64,000 bases of DNA from an uncultured candidate division Zixibacteria bacterium (lineage in GTDB: Bacteria > Zixibacteria > MSB-5A5 > RBG-16-43-9): assembly GCA_963713865.1 (NCBI GenBank), contig OY970208.1, forward strand, positions 1,344,001 to 1,408,000. Reading direction: 5' to 3'. A program made the position numbers and the translations under genes. Positions 40,280 through 49,722 of this stretch are shown here, one piece after another (the first letter of the stretch is position 1; each line of letters starts with the position of its first letter). Below the pieces are notes generated by a model. It did not search any database. It saw nothing but the letters and a program-made list of their open reading frames with translations, and had not been told where the DNA came from.

Positions 40280-41197
40280 ATGGCCCAATTGGAAACAAAA
40301 GGTATAAAAGTATTTTTAAAGTTTTTTATAGTCGCAGTCATCCTTTTTTTCTTCATAAGATATGTCTATGAAAACTGGCGGGTGGTCTCTTTATATCAAT
40401 GGCAGTTTAAATATGGTCTGTTGGCCGTCTCCTTTGGAGTAGTGTTTTTGAATTTCCTTTTTTTTATCCAGATATGGAGAGGCTTGCTCCAAAAATTGTC
40501 TTACAAGCTACCCTTTAAAAAGGCATTCAAGATCTGGTTCTATTCTAACTTAGGAAAATATGTCCCTGGAAAAATCTGGTCAGTGATGGGGATGGTCTAT
40601 ATGTGCGAAAAGGAAGGAATCCCCAAGGCGGCCACGCTGAGCTCAGCTATTCTAAATCAACTTCTGAATATCATCGGCGGGTTGATCCTGGTTCTCATCC
40701 TTTCAGGAACGAAGTTTTTAAGGGGGATGTCCAAGCTTTATTATTTACCTCTGATTTTGGTTTTTGTCATATCTTTATATCCACGGGTGATGGAGAAGAT
40801 TTTGAATTGGGGATTAAAAAAGCTGAAAAAGGAACCCGTTAAGGTTAATTTAAGTTTCAAGGAAAACCTGTTTTTTACCCTTCTTTTTATGTTAGCCTGG
40901 GGAGTTTATGGGGTAGCTTTCAATATCTTCATCCTGTCCTTGACCGATTGCTCTTTTAACCTCTGGCCTTTTTTGACCTCGATCTTTGCTTTCTCCTACA
41001 TCCTTGGGTTTTTGAGCATTTTCGTGCCAGGGGGATTGGGGGTAAGGGAAGGAATTTTAGTTTATTATCTTTCAAGTTATTTCCCTCTGCCGGTAGCAGC
41101 TTTAATTGCCTTACTCTCGAGGTTGTGGATGACTGCGGCTGAGATTTTAGGATTGTTGATTTCCTTAAGGTTTCGATTTAAATTTAATAGAGATTAA
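40280..41197 (+). CDS. Flippase-like protein (UPF0104 family)
   Basis: SNLGKYVPGKIW, PGGLGVRE, LSRL. Confidence 0.82.
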   Translation: MAQLETKGIKVFLKFFIVAVILFFFIRYVYENWRVVSLYQWQFKYGLLAVSFGVVFLNFLFFIQIWRGLLQKLSYKLPFKKAFKIWFYSNLGKYVPGKIWSVMGMVYMCEKEGIPKAATLSSAILNQLLNIIGGLILVLILSGTKFLRGMSKLYYLPLILVFVISLYPRVMEKILNWGLKKLKKEPVKVNLSFKENLFFTLLFMLAWGVYGVAFNIFILSLTDCSFNLWPFLTSIFAFSYILGFLSIFVPGGLGVREGILVYYLSSYFPLPVAALIALLSRLWMTAAEILGLLISLRFRFKFNRD

Positions 41198-41219
41198 GAT
41201 CGAAACTTTATTTTAAAAA

Positions 41220-41445
41220 ACAAAAGGATCTTGAAACCTGGTGGGTTTTTTGATCTTCTCTGCGCCCAAACCCTATTCTTTTTAAAGAGATCCTGGGGAA
41301 TATTTTTAATGTTCCGAACAAAACCGGATACATTTATGGCTGGACTAAACAAACCTTTAGAAAATTGATACAGATTTGCGATTTCAAAATAGTGTCGATG
41401 ACCGGAACCTATCTGGTCCCCGGATTAGCTGGAACGGTTTCTATT
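41220..41445 (+). pseudogene. Remnant of a class I SAM methyltransferase C-terminal half
   Basis: KRILKPGG, then a frameshift to LIFSAP; downstream IYGWTKQTFRKLIQICDFKIV. Confidence 0.55.
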
Positions 41446-41520
41446 CGCGTTCATTTATTTATAAATTACGTAAATAATAAGGTTAAACGAAGGTTCAACA
41501 AGCTTTAAAAGGAGTGAATT

Positions 41521-43980
41521 TTGTCAAAGAGAGATAGAGAGAGGAAAAAGGAAAAAGCCGAGATCAAGGTAAAAGAGAAGAAAGATTTATGGGTGGATAC
41601 TTTTGAAAAGGAAGGCAAAATATTTAATCTAAGCGCAATTCTTCTTTTTCTGATATTGACCGTAATCATGTTTGGCAAATTCATCTTCTCGGATATGATG
41701 CTTTTGGGTACGGATACCATTGAAGCCGGGGTTATGTTTAAAACTTTTTATGTAGATTTCATCAAACAATATCATTCCATGCCACTGTGGGAACCATATC
41801 TTTTTGGAGGGATGCCTTTTATCGATGCCATGCATGGTGATACCTTTTATCCTTTGGCTATTATCCAATTTATTCTACCTTTATATAAAGCCTTAGGCTG
41901 GAAATTAGTTCTCACTGTTTTTTTAACCGGGATTTTTACTTTCCACTGTATGAGAGCTTTTGGATTCAGCCGGTGGGTTTCGCTCATCGGCGCTTTAGCC
42001 TATATGTTCTCAGCCAATCTGGTTTCCTGGGTTTATGGAGGTCACGACGGTAGAATGTATGTTACCAGCCTTTTACCTTTAAATTTTCTTTTCTTAGAAA
42101 AAAGCCTAAAGTCCAGAAAATTGATTTATTTTATACTCTTCGGAGGGACAGTCGGTCTTCTGATCTTGGCGAATCATCCTCAATTGGCTTATTTTGCCAC
42201 GTGGGGTTTAGGTCTTTATTTTCTATTTAGCCTGATCTGGGATTATAAAGATAATAAAAAAATTGGAAGACTTGTAAAACCCGTGGTCTATTTTGTAGTA
42301 GCTGTCCTTTTAGGATTAGCTTTGTCTTTAGTTCAGATTCTGCCACCTTATATTTATGTAAACAAATATTCTCCCCGGGCAGAAGGTGGTAAGGGGTATG
42401 AATATTCTACCTCCTGGTCTTTTCACCCGGAGGAGATAGCGTCTCAACTTGTACCTGAGTTCGTTGGGATAAATTTACAAAACGAGGGTGATACCTACTG
42501 GGGAAGAAACAGTTTTAAGATTAATAGCGATTATGCTGGGATCGTTCCTTTAATTTTTGCTTTTTTAGCTCTTTTCCTGGTGCGTAACCGGAAGATCTGG
42601 TTTTTTTCGGGACTTTCTTTATTAGCTTTAATCTATTCTCTGGGGGCACATACTCCCATTTTCAGGCTTTTCTATCATTTCGTCCCACAGGTGAAAAGCT
42701 TTCGTGCTCCAGGGCTGATACTTTTCCTTATGGTTTTCTCTATTGCGGTTATAGCTCTTTTTGGACTGGAAAAAATCCTGGGTGGAATCAAAGATTTAAA
42801 AGAAAAGAAAAAAATCAACAATCTCCTCCTAATTCTGGTTATCTCTTTCTTTGGCTTAGCTTTTCTTTTCAGCGTGGCTGGTAGTGGGCTTCTTTCATTA
42901 TGGAATGCTGTTCTATACTCAGATATCCTTCCTCAGAAAAAAGAGGTAATGCTTTCGAATCTGTCTAATATCAGCAAGGGTTTCTGGATAACTTTCCTTT
43001 TAGTAAGTGGGGTATGTTTAAGTATCTACCTGTACCTGAAGGACAAATTAAAAAAAGGGTATTTTCTTTTCCTGGTGGGGATACTTCTTTTCCTGGATCT
43101 GTGGAGGTGGGATGCAAAATTTATCCAGAATTTTGATTACCATTCTTATTTCCAGAAAGATCAGATTGTCGATTATCTAAAGAATGATGGTGAGCCATAC
43201 AGGGTTATGGTTTTAGGAGGTACCTATCCTTCTAATAATTTCTTAGCTTTATACGGGATCGAAGAAGTTTTAGGATATCATGGTAATGAGCTAAAGAAAT
43301 ATGACGAGTTTACAGAAAAGGATTACTTAGAAAGTGCCAGAACTCAGGCTGAGGCTGGTGAAAGGTATCTTAGATTTCTTATGGGTCCAAAGCTTGACCT
43401 TCTGAATGTTAAATATCTTTTGTTCAGAGGTGTCTTCCCGGACACATCCAGGTATAAACTGATCTATAGAGCAGATGAGAAAAATCTATATCTAAACCCC
43501 AGATATCTTCAACGTGCCAGGATGGTTTACAAATATGAAGTTATTAAAAATAAAGAGATGATCTTAAAAAGGTTGAATGATCCTGACTTTAATTATCGTG
43601 AAACCATTATCTTAGAAGAAGATCTGGGAATTGCCACGTGTAGAGACGCATCGCTATGCGTCTCTGCACCAGCACGGATTATAGAGAATAAGATAAACAG
43701 TTTGACGATTGAGGCAAAAACCGATATTCCCGGATTTTTAGTCCTGGCTGAAAATAATTATCCCTCCTGGAAAGCTATAGTTGATGGTAAGGAGACTAAA
43801 ATATATACCGCAGATTATATCTTTCGGGCAATTCCCCTGGATAAAGGTGTACATAAGATCAAATTAGTCTATGATTCAAAATCTTATAAAATCGGTAAAA
43901 CGAGCAGTCTATTGACAGCCATATTTTATCTTTTTATATTAGGATTTTTCCTTACTGGAAAGCTTAAGCAAAGCCGATAA
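41521..43980 (+). CDS. YfhO-family GT-C membrane protein
   Basis: PLWEPYLFGGMP, HPQL, FRAP, LVLAENNYPSWKA.VDG. Confidence 0.88.
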   Translation: MSKRDRERKKEKAEIKVKEKKDLWVDTFEKEGKIFNLSAILLFLILTVIMFGKFIFSDMMLLGTDTIEAGVMFKTFYVDFIKQYHSMPLWEPYLFGGMPFIDAMHGDTFYPLAIIQFILPLYKALGWKLVLTVFLTGIFTFHCMRAFGFSRWVSLIGALAYMFSANLVSWVYGGHDGRMYVTSLLPLNFLFLEKSLKSRKLIYFILFGGTVGLLILANHPQLAYFATWGLGLYFLFSLIWDYKDNKKIGRLVKPVVYFVVAVLLGLALSLVQILPPYIYVNKYSPRAEGGKGYEYSTSWSFHPEEIASQLVPEFVGINLQNEGDTYWGRNSFKINSDYAGIVPLIFAFLALFLVRNRKIWFFSGLSLLALIYSLGAHTPIFRLFYHFVPQVKSFRAPGLILFLMVFSIAVIALFGLEKILGGIKDLKEKKKINNLLLILVISFFGLAFLFSVAGSGLLSLWNAVLYSDILPQKKEVMLSNLSNISKGFWITFLLVSGVCLSIYLYLKDKLKKGYFLFLVGILLFLDLWRWDAKFIQNFDYHSYFQKDQIVDYLKNDGEPYRVMVLGGTYPSNNFLALYGIEEVLGYHGNELKKYDEFTEKDYLESARTQAEAGERYLRFLMGPKLDLLNVKYLLFRGVFPDTSRYKLIYRADEKNLYLNPRYLQRARMVYKYEVIKNKEMILKRLNDPDFNYRETIILEEDLGIATCRDASLCVSAPARIIENKINSLTIEAKTDIPGFLVLAENNYPSWKAIVDGKETKIYTADYIFRAIPLDKGVHKIKLVYDSKSYKIGKTSSLLTAIFYLFILGFFLTGKLKQSR

Positions 43981-44016
43981 AAGCCTTACGGCTCGTAGAA
44001 AGGAGAATCTTAAAGG

Positions 44017-44730
44017 ATGAAAACGTTAGTCATAATACCCACCTATAATGAAAAAGAAAATATAGGAAAGATCATCCCTTTAGTTCTGGAACAGGATCCG
44101 GATATAGAAGTTTTAGTGGTGGATGATAACTCTCCAGATGGAACTGGTAAAATAGTTGAGGAGATAATAGCTACAAACCGCAGAGTAAACTTAATACAGA
44201 GGGTGAAAAAAAGCGGACTGGGCACGGCCTATTTAGCTGGTTTTCAGTATGCCCTGGAAAATGGCTATGATTATATATTCGAGATGGATTCAGATTTTTC
44301 TCATGATCCTGCATATATACCGTATTTCCTCAGTGCTATACGGGAGGCAGACTTAGTTTTGGGCTCACGCTATATAAAAGGTGTAAATGTAGTAAACTGG
44401 CCTATTACTAGATTACTTCTTTCATATTATGCTAATGTCTATGCTCGCTGGGTTACAGGACTGCCAGTAAAGGATTCCACCGGAGGATTTAAATGTTTCA
44501 AAAAAGAGGTATTAGAGAAGATCGGTTTAGATAGAATCCATTCGAACGGTTATGCTTTTCAGATAGAGATGAGCTTCCGTGCCTGGAAAAAGGGTTTCAA
44601 AATAAAGGAGATACCGATTATCTTTGTAGATCGGAGGGAAGGCGAGTCCAAAATGTCCAAAAAAATTGTGCGGGAGGCTATCTGGATGGTCTGGAAGCTT
44701 AGATTCTTGAGTCTCTTAGGACGATTATGA
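44017..44730 (+). CDS. Polyprenol monophosphomannose synthase (Ppm1/DPM1-like GT2)
   Basis: IPTYNE, DDNSPDGTG, GLGTAY, EMDSDFSHDP, GYAFQIE. Confidence 0.92.
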   Translation: MKTLVIIPTYNEKENIGKIIPLVLEQDPDIEVLVVDDNSPDGTGKIVEEIIATNRRVNLIQRVKKSGLGTAYLAGFQYALENGYDYIFEMDSDFSHDPAYIPYFLSAIREADLVLGSRYIKGVNVVNWPITRLLLSYYANVYARWVTGLPVKDSTGGFKCFKKEVLEKIGLDRIHSNGYAFQIEMSFRAWKKGFKIKEIPIIFVDRREGESKMSKKIVREAIWMVWKLRFLSLLGRL

Positions 44731-45674
44731 GATCCGAAATAGATCCTGCAGGGGCACGTTGTCCCGCCTCTGGCGGGATGCCCCTACCATCTTCCGAGGA
44801 TAAATACGATCTCTCTATCGTGATAGTAAATTATAAGGCTAAAGCGCTTTTAAAAGAATGCCTGGATTCTATCTACCAGTCAACAACTAACCTCCATTTT
44901 GACACCTGGCTGATTGATAACGCTTCCAGGGATGATACAGCAAAATGGGTGAGAGAAAATTTTCCAGAGGTTAAATTGATAGAAAATAGGTGGAATTCAG
45001 GTTTTTCAAAAGCAACTAACCAGGGGATAAGAAAAAGTCAGGGAAGATATTTGCTTTTGTTTAATCCGGACACGAAAATCGTTAGTGAGGGAATGGATCA
45101 GATTTTAAAGTTTATGGAGGAGAATCCAGAGGTCGGGATCTGTAGCCCTAAGATGATAGATGGAAAAGGGAACCTGCTTTATTCCTGCAGGTCTTTTCCC
45201 AATTATTTTACTTCTATCTCCTCTTCCCAATCTTTATTGAACCGATTCTTTCCCCAGAACCCGTTATCTAAAAGGTATCTTCTGAAAGGTCTGGATCGAG
45301 CCGAGGTGAGGGAGGTGGATTGGGTCTCAGGCTCCTGCCTTTTTGCTCGCAGGAAAATGCTGGAGGAGATCGGATTATTAGATGAAAACTATTTTATGTT
45401 CTGCGAGGATGTGGATCTGTGTCTGCGGGCAAAAAAAGGTGGCTGGAAAGTATTCTATTTCCCTCTCTTAACTATAGTGCATCAGATCGGTGGATCTACT
45501 TCTTTTAATCCCTTACGGGCAAAATTAGAACATCACCGCAGCATGTATTATTTTTTTAAAAAGCATTATCGACCAAATTGGATCTTGAGATTTTTAATAT
45601 TTAGCGGACTTCTTCTCCGTTTACTCTTTTTAGCTTTTAGTTTTATACTGACAAAACCTTCAAAAAGAGGGTAA
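44727..45674 (+). CDS. GT2 glycosyltransferase (WbbL-like)
   Basis: SIVIVNY, DNAS, NPD, DWVSGSC, EDVDLC. Confidence 0.9.
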   Translation: MRSEIDPAGARCPASGGMPLPSSEDKYDLSIVIVNYKAKALLKECLDSIYQSTTNLHFDTWLIDNASRDDTAKWVRENFPEVKLIENRWNSGFSKATNQGIRKSQGRYLLLFNPDTKIVSEGMDQILKFMEENPEVGICSPKMIDGKGNLLYSCRSFPNYFTSISSSQSLLNRFFPQNPLSKRYLLKGLDRAEVREVDWVSGSCLFARRKMLEEIGLLDENYFMFCEDVDLCLRAKKGGWKVFYFPLLTIVHQIGGSTSFNPLRAKLEHHRSMYYFFKKHYRPNWILRFLIFSGLLLRLLFLAFSFILTKPSKRG

Positions 45675-45681
45675 AGGAAAA

Positions 45682-46752
45682 TTGGAACATTACATTTTTA
45701 TTCTGGCATTTTCATTTTTGTTAAGCTTAATCTTTACTTCTCTGGTCAAGCGGTTTGCGATCCAGTACCATCTTTTAGATTATCCCGATAAGAGGAAGAT
45801 CCATCAAAGCCCTACTCCAACCCTGGGAGGGATTGCTCTATTCTTTGCTTTTAATTTAAGTCTCTGGATAACTTTGATCTGGGAAAGTTCGGTCCTTTCA
45901 TACGATTTGAAGTATTTTTTAGGTTTTACCTTGGGAGGGGTGGTGATTTTATCCTCCGGGATTTATGATGACCTGAAAAACCTTAAAGCTCTCTGGAAAA
46001 TATCATTTCAATCCCTGGCCGTCTTAATCTTGATCTTATTCGGATTACACATAAATATTATTTATGTTCCCTTTTTTAAGGTGGTGAATCTGGGAATTCT
46101 TTCATTTCCGGTCACATTTATCTGGTGTCTGGTGATCATAAACGCGTTTAATTTGATAGATGGCTTAGATGGGCTGGCAGCTGGTCTCTCGTTTATTGCC
46201 TCCTTGACTTTGTTAGGGGTTGGTATTTTCCTCGGGGTGAAAATTATCTCTTTTATCTCCTTAGGGCTTTTAGGTGTTTGTCTGGGTTTCTTGAGATTTA
46301 ACTATCCTCCAGCCAAGATTTTCATGGGAGATTCCGGCTCTTTATATTTAGGATATATCTTCGCGGCGGAGAGCATCATCTGTCCGATAAAAAGTTATAC
46401 TGCCATAGCTCTGTTTGTTCCTCTTTTAGCTTTAGGATTACCCATATTTGAGACTTTCTTCTCCTTTTTCAGAAGGACTTTAAATAATAAGAGATTCTAT
46501 CACGCCGACAAGAGACACCTTTTTCATTTTTTGCTGGGAAAAGGGTTCAGTCAAAATTTAACTATCTGGATTTTTTATATTTTTTCCATTATATTAAATA
46601 TAATGACCTGGACTGTTTTGGTCCGGAAGTATAGATTTGCTTTTTCTTTTCTCATAACGATTCTGGGAATTCTGATTTTAGCTTTAGCATTCTTTCTGTT
46701 CAAGAAAAGTTTAACTGGTAGATTCGAGAGACGGATAAAAGGTAGTCGATAA
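45682..46752 (+). CDS. WecA/TagO-like undecaprenyl-phosphate GlcNAc-1-phosphate transferase
   Basis: [38 protein letters not shown]. Confidence 0.92.
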   Translation: MEHYIFILAFSFLLSLIFTSLVKRFAIQYHLLDYPDKRKIHQSPTPTLGGIALFFAFNLSLWITLIWESSVLSYDLKYFLGFTLGGVVILSSGIYDDLKNLKALWKISFQSLAVLILILFGLHINIIYVPFFKVVNLGILSFPVTFIWCLVIINAFNLIDGLDGLAAGLSFIASLTLLGVGIFLGVKIISFISLGLLGVCLGFLRFNYPPAKIFMGDSGSLYLGYIFAAESIICPIKSYTAIALFVPLLALGLPIFETFFSFFRRTLNNKRFYHADKRHLFHFLLGKGFSQNLTIWIFYIFSIILNIMTWTVLVRKYRFAFSFLITILGILILALAFFLFKKSLTGRFERRIKGSR

Positions 46753-46772
46753 AAACATTACGGTCTGTAAGG

Positions 46773-47774
46773 ATGAATGGTCAATATTTGGATTTCGAAA
46801 AGCCGATTCTGGATCTGGAAAAGAAGATCCAGGATATGAAAGATTTTGCTTCAGGTGAAAGCTTAGAACTCGCCAGGGAGATACTGTTTCTGGAAAGACG
46901 TCGGGATAAGCTCCAGCAGGAGATATATTCAAGACTTACCCGCTGGCAGAGGGTCCAGTTAGCAAGGCATCCACTGCGACCTCACAGTTTTGATTACATA
47001 AATCTGATGAGCACCGATTTCATAGAACTACACGGGGATAGAGAGTTTAGAGATGATAAGGCCTTAGTGGGGGGATTTGGAAAAATCGAGGGGAGACCGG
47101 TTATGTTTATTGGTCAGCAGAAAGGCCGGGATACAAAGCAGAAGCTTTATCGTAATTTCGGGATGATGCATCCAGAGGGTTACCGAAAAGCATTGAGGTT
47201 AATGCAACTTGCCTCCCGCTTTGAGAAGCCGATAGTTATTCTGATTGATACGCCAGGAGCCTTTCCTGGAATCGGAGCTGAAGAAAGAGGGCAGGCAGAG
47301 GCGATTGCCAGAAACTTAAGGGAGATGTTCAGGTTAAAAGTGCCAATTACCATCAATATTGTGGGAGAAGGGGCAAGCGGTGGTGCTCTGGGTATTGGAA
47401 TCGGAGATCTGGTTTTAATGTTAGAAAACTCCTGGTATTCAGTTATCTCTCCGGAAGGATGTGCTGCTATTTTATGGAGAGATAGCTCTAAGGCTCCACT
47501 GGCAGCAGAAGCCTTGAAACTTTCTGCCTTTGATTTAGAGGAACTAAAAGTTATTGATCGGATAATCCCCGAGCCATTAGGCGGAGCTCATAGAAATCCT
47601 AAAGGAGCTTCAGATATATTAAAAAAAGAGATAATAAAAGATTTGAATGAGCTTTCAAAATTAGGGGTAGAAGAACTTATAAAGAAAAGGATTGAGAAAT
47701 TCAGGAAGATGGGTGTATTTTTGAAGGAAGATTACCGAACTGAGGATAAAGAAGGTCAGATGGAAGGTATTTGA
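46773..47774 (+). CDS. accA: Acetyl-CoA carboxylase carboxyltransferase alpha
   Basis: [36 protein letters not shown]. Confidence 0.97.
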   Translation: MNGQYLDFEKPILDLEKKIQDMKDFASGESLELAREILFLERRRDKLQQEIYSRLTRWQRVQLARHPLRPHSFDYINLMSTDFIELHGDREFRDDKALVGGFGKIEGRPVMFIGQQKGRDTKQKLYRNFGMMHPEGYRKALRLMQLASRFEKPIVILIDTPGAFPGIGAEERGQAEAIARNLREMFRLKVPITINIVGEGASGGALGIGIGDLVLMLENSWYSVISPEGCAAILWRDSSKAPLAAEALKLSAFDLEELKVIDRIIPEPLGGAHRNPKGASDILKKEIIKDLNELSKLGVEELIKKRIEKFRKMGVFLKEDYRTEDKEGQMEGI

Positions 47775-47881
47775 GTAGAAGGAAGAAGATTTTGTATTAA
47801 ACTACAAAACCAGAGGTGAACATAGTTCTACTCAAAGTTGTAGTCAACCTAAACGAGAAAAATATTAAATGGAGGTAAGGG

Positions 47882-48334
47882 ATGAAACTTTCTAAATTCT
47901 GTGCAGAGGATTTAATCACTTTTGACCTTAAAGGTAAATTGAAAAACGAAGTCATAGAAGAGTTAGTGAATTTAACCTCCAAGTCGAAGTTGGTTAAGGA
48001 TAAAGAAGAGGTTTTAAAAGCGGTTTTAGAACGGGAGAAATTAGTTACCACGGGAGTGGGGTACGGAGTTGCTTTCCCTCATGCTAAGACTAAAGCTGTT
48101 AAGGGAATTGTAATTGCCTTTGGTCGATCTAAAGCGGGGATAGATTTTGAGGCGATGGATAAAAAGCCAGCTTATCTTTTTTTCCTGATTGTAGCACCAG
48201 AGGATGCCATAGGCGCTCATCTTAACGTTATGGCACGTCTATCCTATCTGATGAAAAGCGAAAAGAACCGGGAGAGCTTGATGAAGATAAGCAGCCCCAA
48301 GGAGCTTTTGGAGGTTTTAGACTCTGTAGAGTAA
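47882..48334 (+). CDS. PTS EIIA (fructose/Ntr-type) protein
   Basis: ERE..TTGVG.GVAFPHA, HLNVMARLS. Confidence 0.9.
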   Translation: MKLSKFCAEDLITFDLKGKLKNEVIEELVNLTSKSKLVKDKEEVLKAVLEREKLVTTGVGYGVAFPHAKTKAVKGIVIAFGRSKAGIDFEAMDKKPAYLFFLIVAPEDAIGAHLNVMARLSYLMKSEKNRESLMKISSPKELLEVLDSVE

Positions 48335-48361
48335 TGATAAACTTCACGAGGGGGAGGGAAT

Positions 48362-49168
48362 TTGCCATTTTTTCCACTTGACATTCTAACCCAGAGGATG
48401 GGTTTATTCGTAAAAGGGAAAAGTTCAGTCACTTTTCTGGTTCTTTCCGTTTTATCTTTGATATTGTTGATCTTGCCAGTAAAGATGAAAAAAAATATTT
48501 CTGAGGGGATCTTTAGTTTTACTTATGGACCTTTCTATTCACTGTCTAATCGAATAGGAGAACTACACCAGGTCTATCAGAACAACAGGATTTTAATTGA
48601 GAAAGTTACCAGGCTTACTTTAGAAAATACCCGGTTGAAAGAGAAAGGATTAGAGAATGAAAGGCTGAAAAAGATGCTGGATTTCAAGTCGCAGAGCAGT
48701 TTCAAGCTAATCCCAGCTGAGGTTATCTCTGCAGAGCCGGGAAGATTCCCTGGTTCTATCTTGATAAATTTAGGGGAGAAAGATGGTGTTAAAAAGAATA
48801 TGACGATAATTAATATCGATGGTGTGGTGGGTAAAGTAAGTGAGGTCCTGGTGGGAAGTTCAGTGGTTCAATTACTCTTTCATCCTAATTGCAGAGTGGC
48901 GGCTTTTGATCAGAGGAGCAGAGTTCAAGGTATTGTAAAATCTAAAGGGGGAATTATTCTGGATTTAGATAATGTTCCCTTAGATGAGGATGTTAAGCCC
49001 GGGGACGAAATTTATACTTCGGGATTAGGCGAAATATTCCCTGCAGGCTTAAAGGTTGGTCGGGTGATTATAATATCCCGAGAGAACAATTCGGTTTTTA
49101 AAACCATTAAAATTAAACCAGCTGTGGATTTCTTCAGTTTGGAGGAGCTTTTTTTAATTAAACCCTGA
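48362..49168 (+). CDS. mreC: Rod shape-determining protein MreC
   Basis: ENERLKKML, GVVGKV, TSGLGEIFPAGLKVG. Confidence 0.92.
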   Translation: MPFFPLDILTQRMGLFVKGKSSVTFLVLSVLSLILLILPVKMKKNISEGIFSFTYGPFYSLSNRIGELHQVYQNNRILIEKVTRLTLENTRLKEKGLENERLKKMLDFKSQSSFKLIPAEVISAEPGRFPGSILINLGEKDGVKKNMTIINIDGVVGKVSEVLVGSSVVQLLFHPNCRVAAFDQRSRVQGIVKSKGGIILDLDNVPLDEDVKPGDEIYTSGLGEIFPAGLKVGRVIIISRENNSVFKTIKIKPAVDFFSLEELFLIKP

Positions 49169-49194
49169 TCTTAAAAAGGATTTTTAACTCCAAA

Positions 49195-49722
49195 ATGCCA
49201 GTAAGGTATCTAAACTTATCAAGGATAGTGAATATAATCTTGTTACTTTTGGTAGTGGTAGTATACCAATCATTATTCTCTGAGCTTTTAACCATTCGCC
49301 AGATAAAACTGGATCTACCTTTACTTATTCTGGTATATGTTGGATTAACCCGGGGTCCGGCTTCCGGTGCCCTTTTTGGATTTCTTGTTGGGTTATTGTT
49401 AGATCTATCTAATCCTTCTTTTTTAGGTCTGGGAGCATTAATTAAAACCTCCTTAGGGTATCTGGTAGGAAGCTTCAAGGACACTTTATTTTTAGAAAGT
49501 AACGTTTCTAAAGGGGGAGTGATATTTTTAAGCCTTGGTCTGAACGATTTTTTCTTTTATCTCTTTTCCAGTGGATTTAATTTGAACTATACCTTTTTCG
49601 TCTTCCTTAATTATACCCTTCTTTCCGGGATTTATACCGCTTTAGCCGGGTTTGTGTTTTTGTGGTATCTCCAGATCAGGAAAGCTCAAAGTTTAGCTAA
49701 TAGTTATCCTGCTAAGTTATGA
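49195..49722 (+). CDS. mreD: Rod shape-determining protein MreD
   Basis: Hydrophobic; GFLVGLLLD; lies between mreC and mrdA. Confidence 0.85.
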   Translation: MPVRYLNLSRIVNIILLLLVVVVYQSLFSELLTIRQIKLDLPLLILVYVGLTRGPASGALFGFLVGLLLDLSNPSFLGLGALIKTSLGYLVGSFKDTLFLESNVSKGGVIFLSLGLNDFFFYLFSSGFNLNYTFFVFLNYTLLSGIYTALAGFVFLWYLQIRKAQSLANSYPAKL

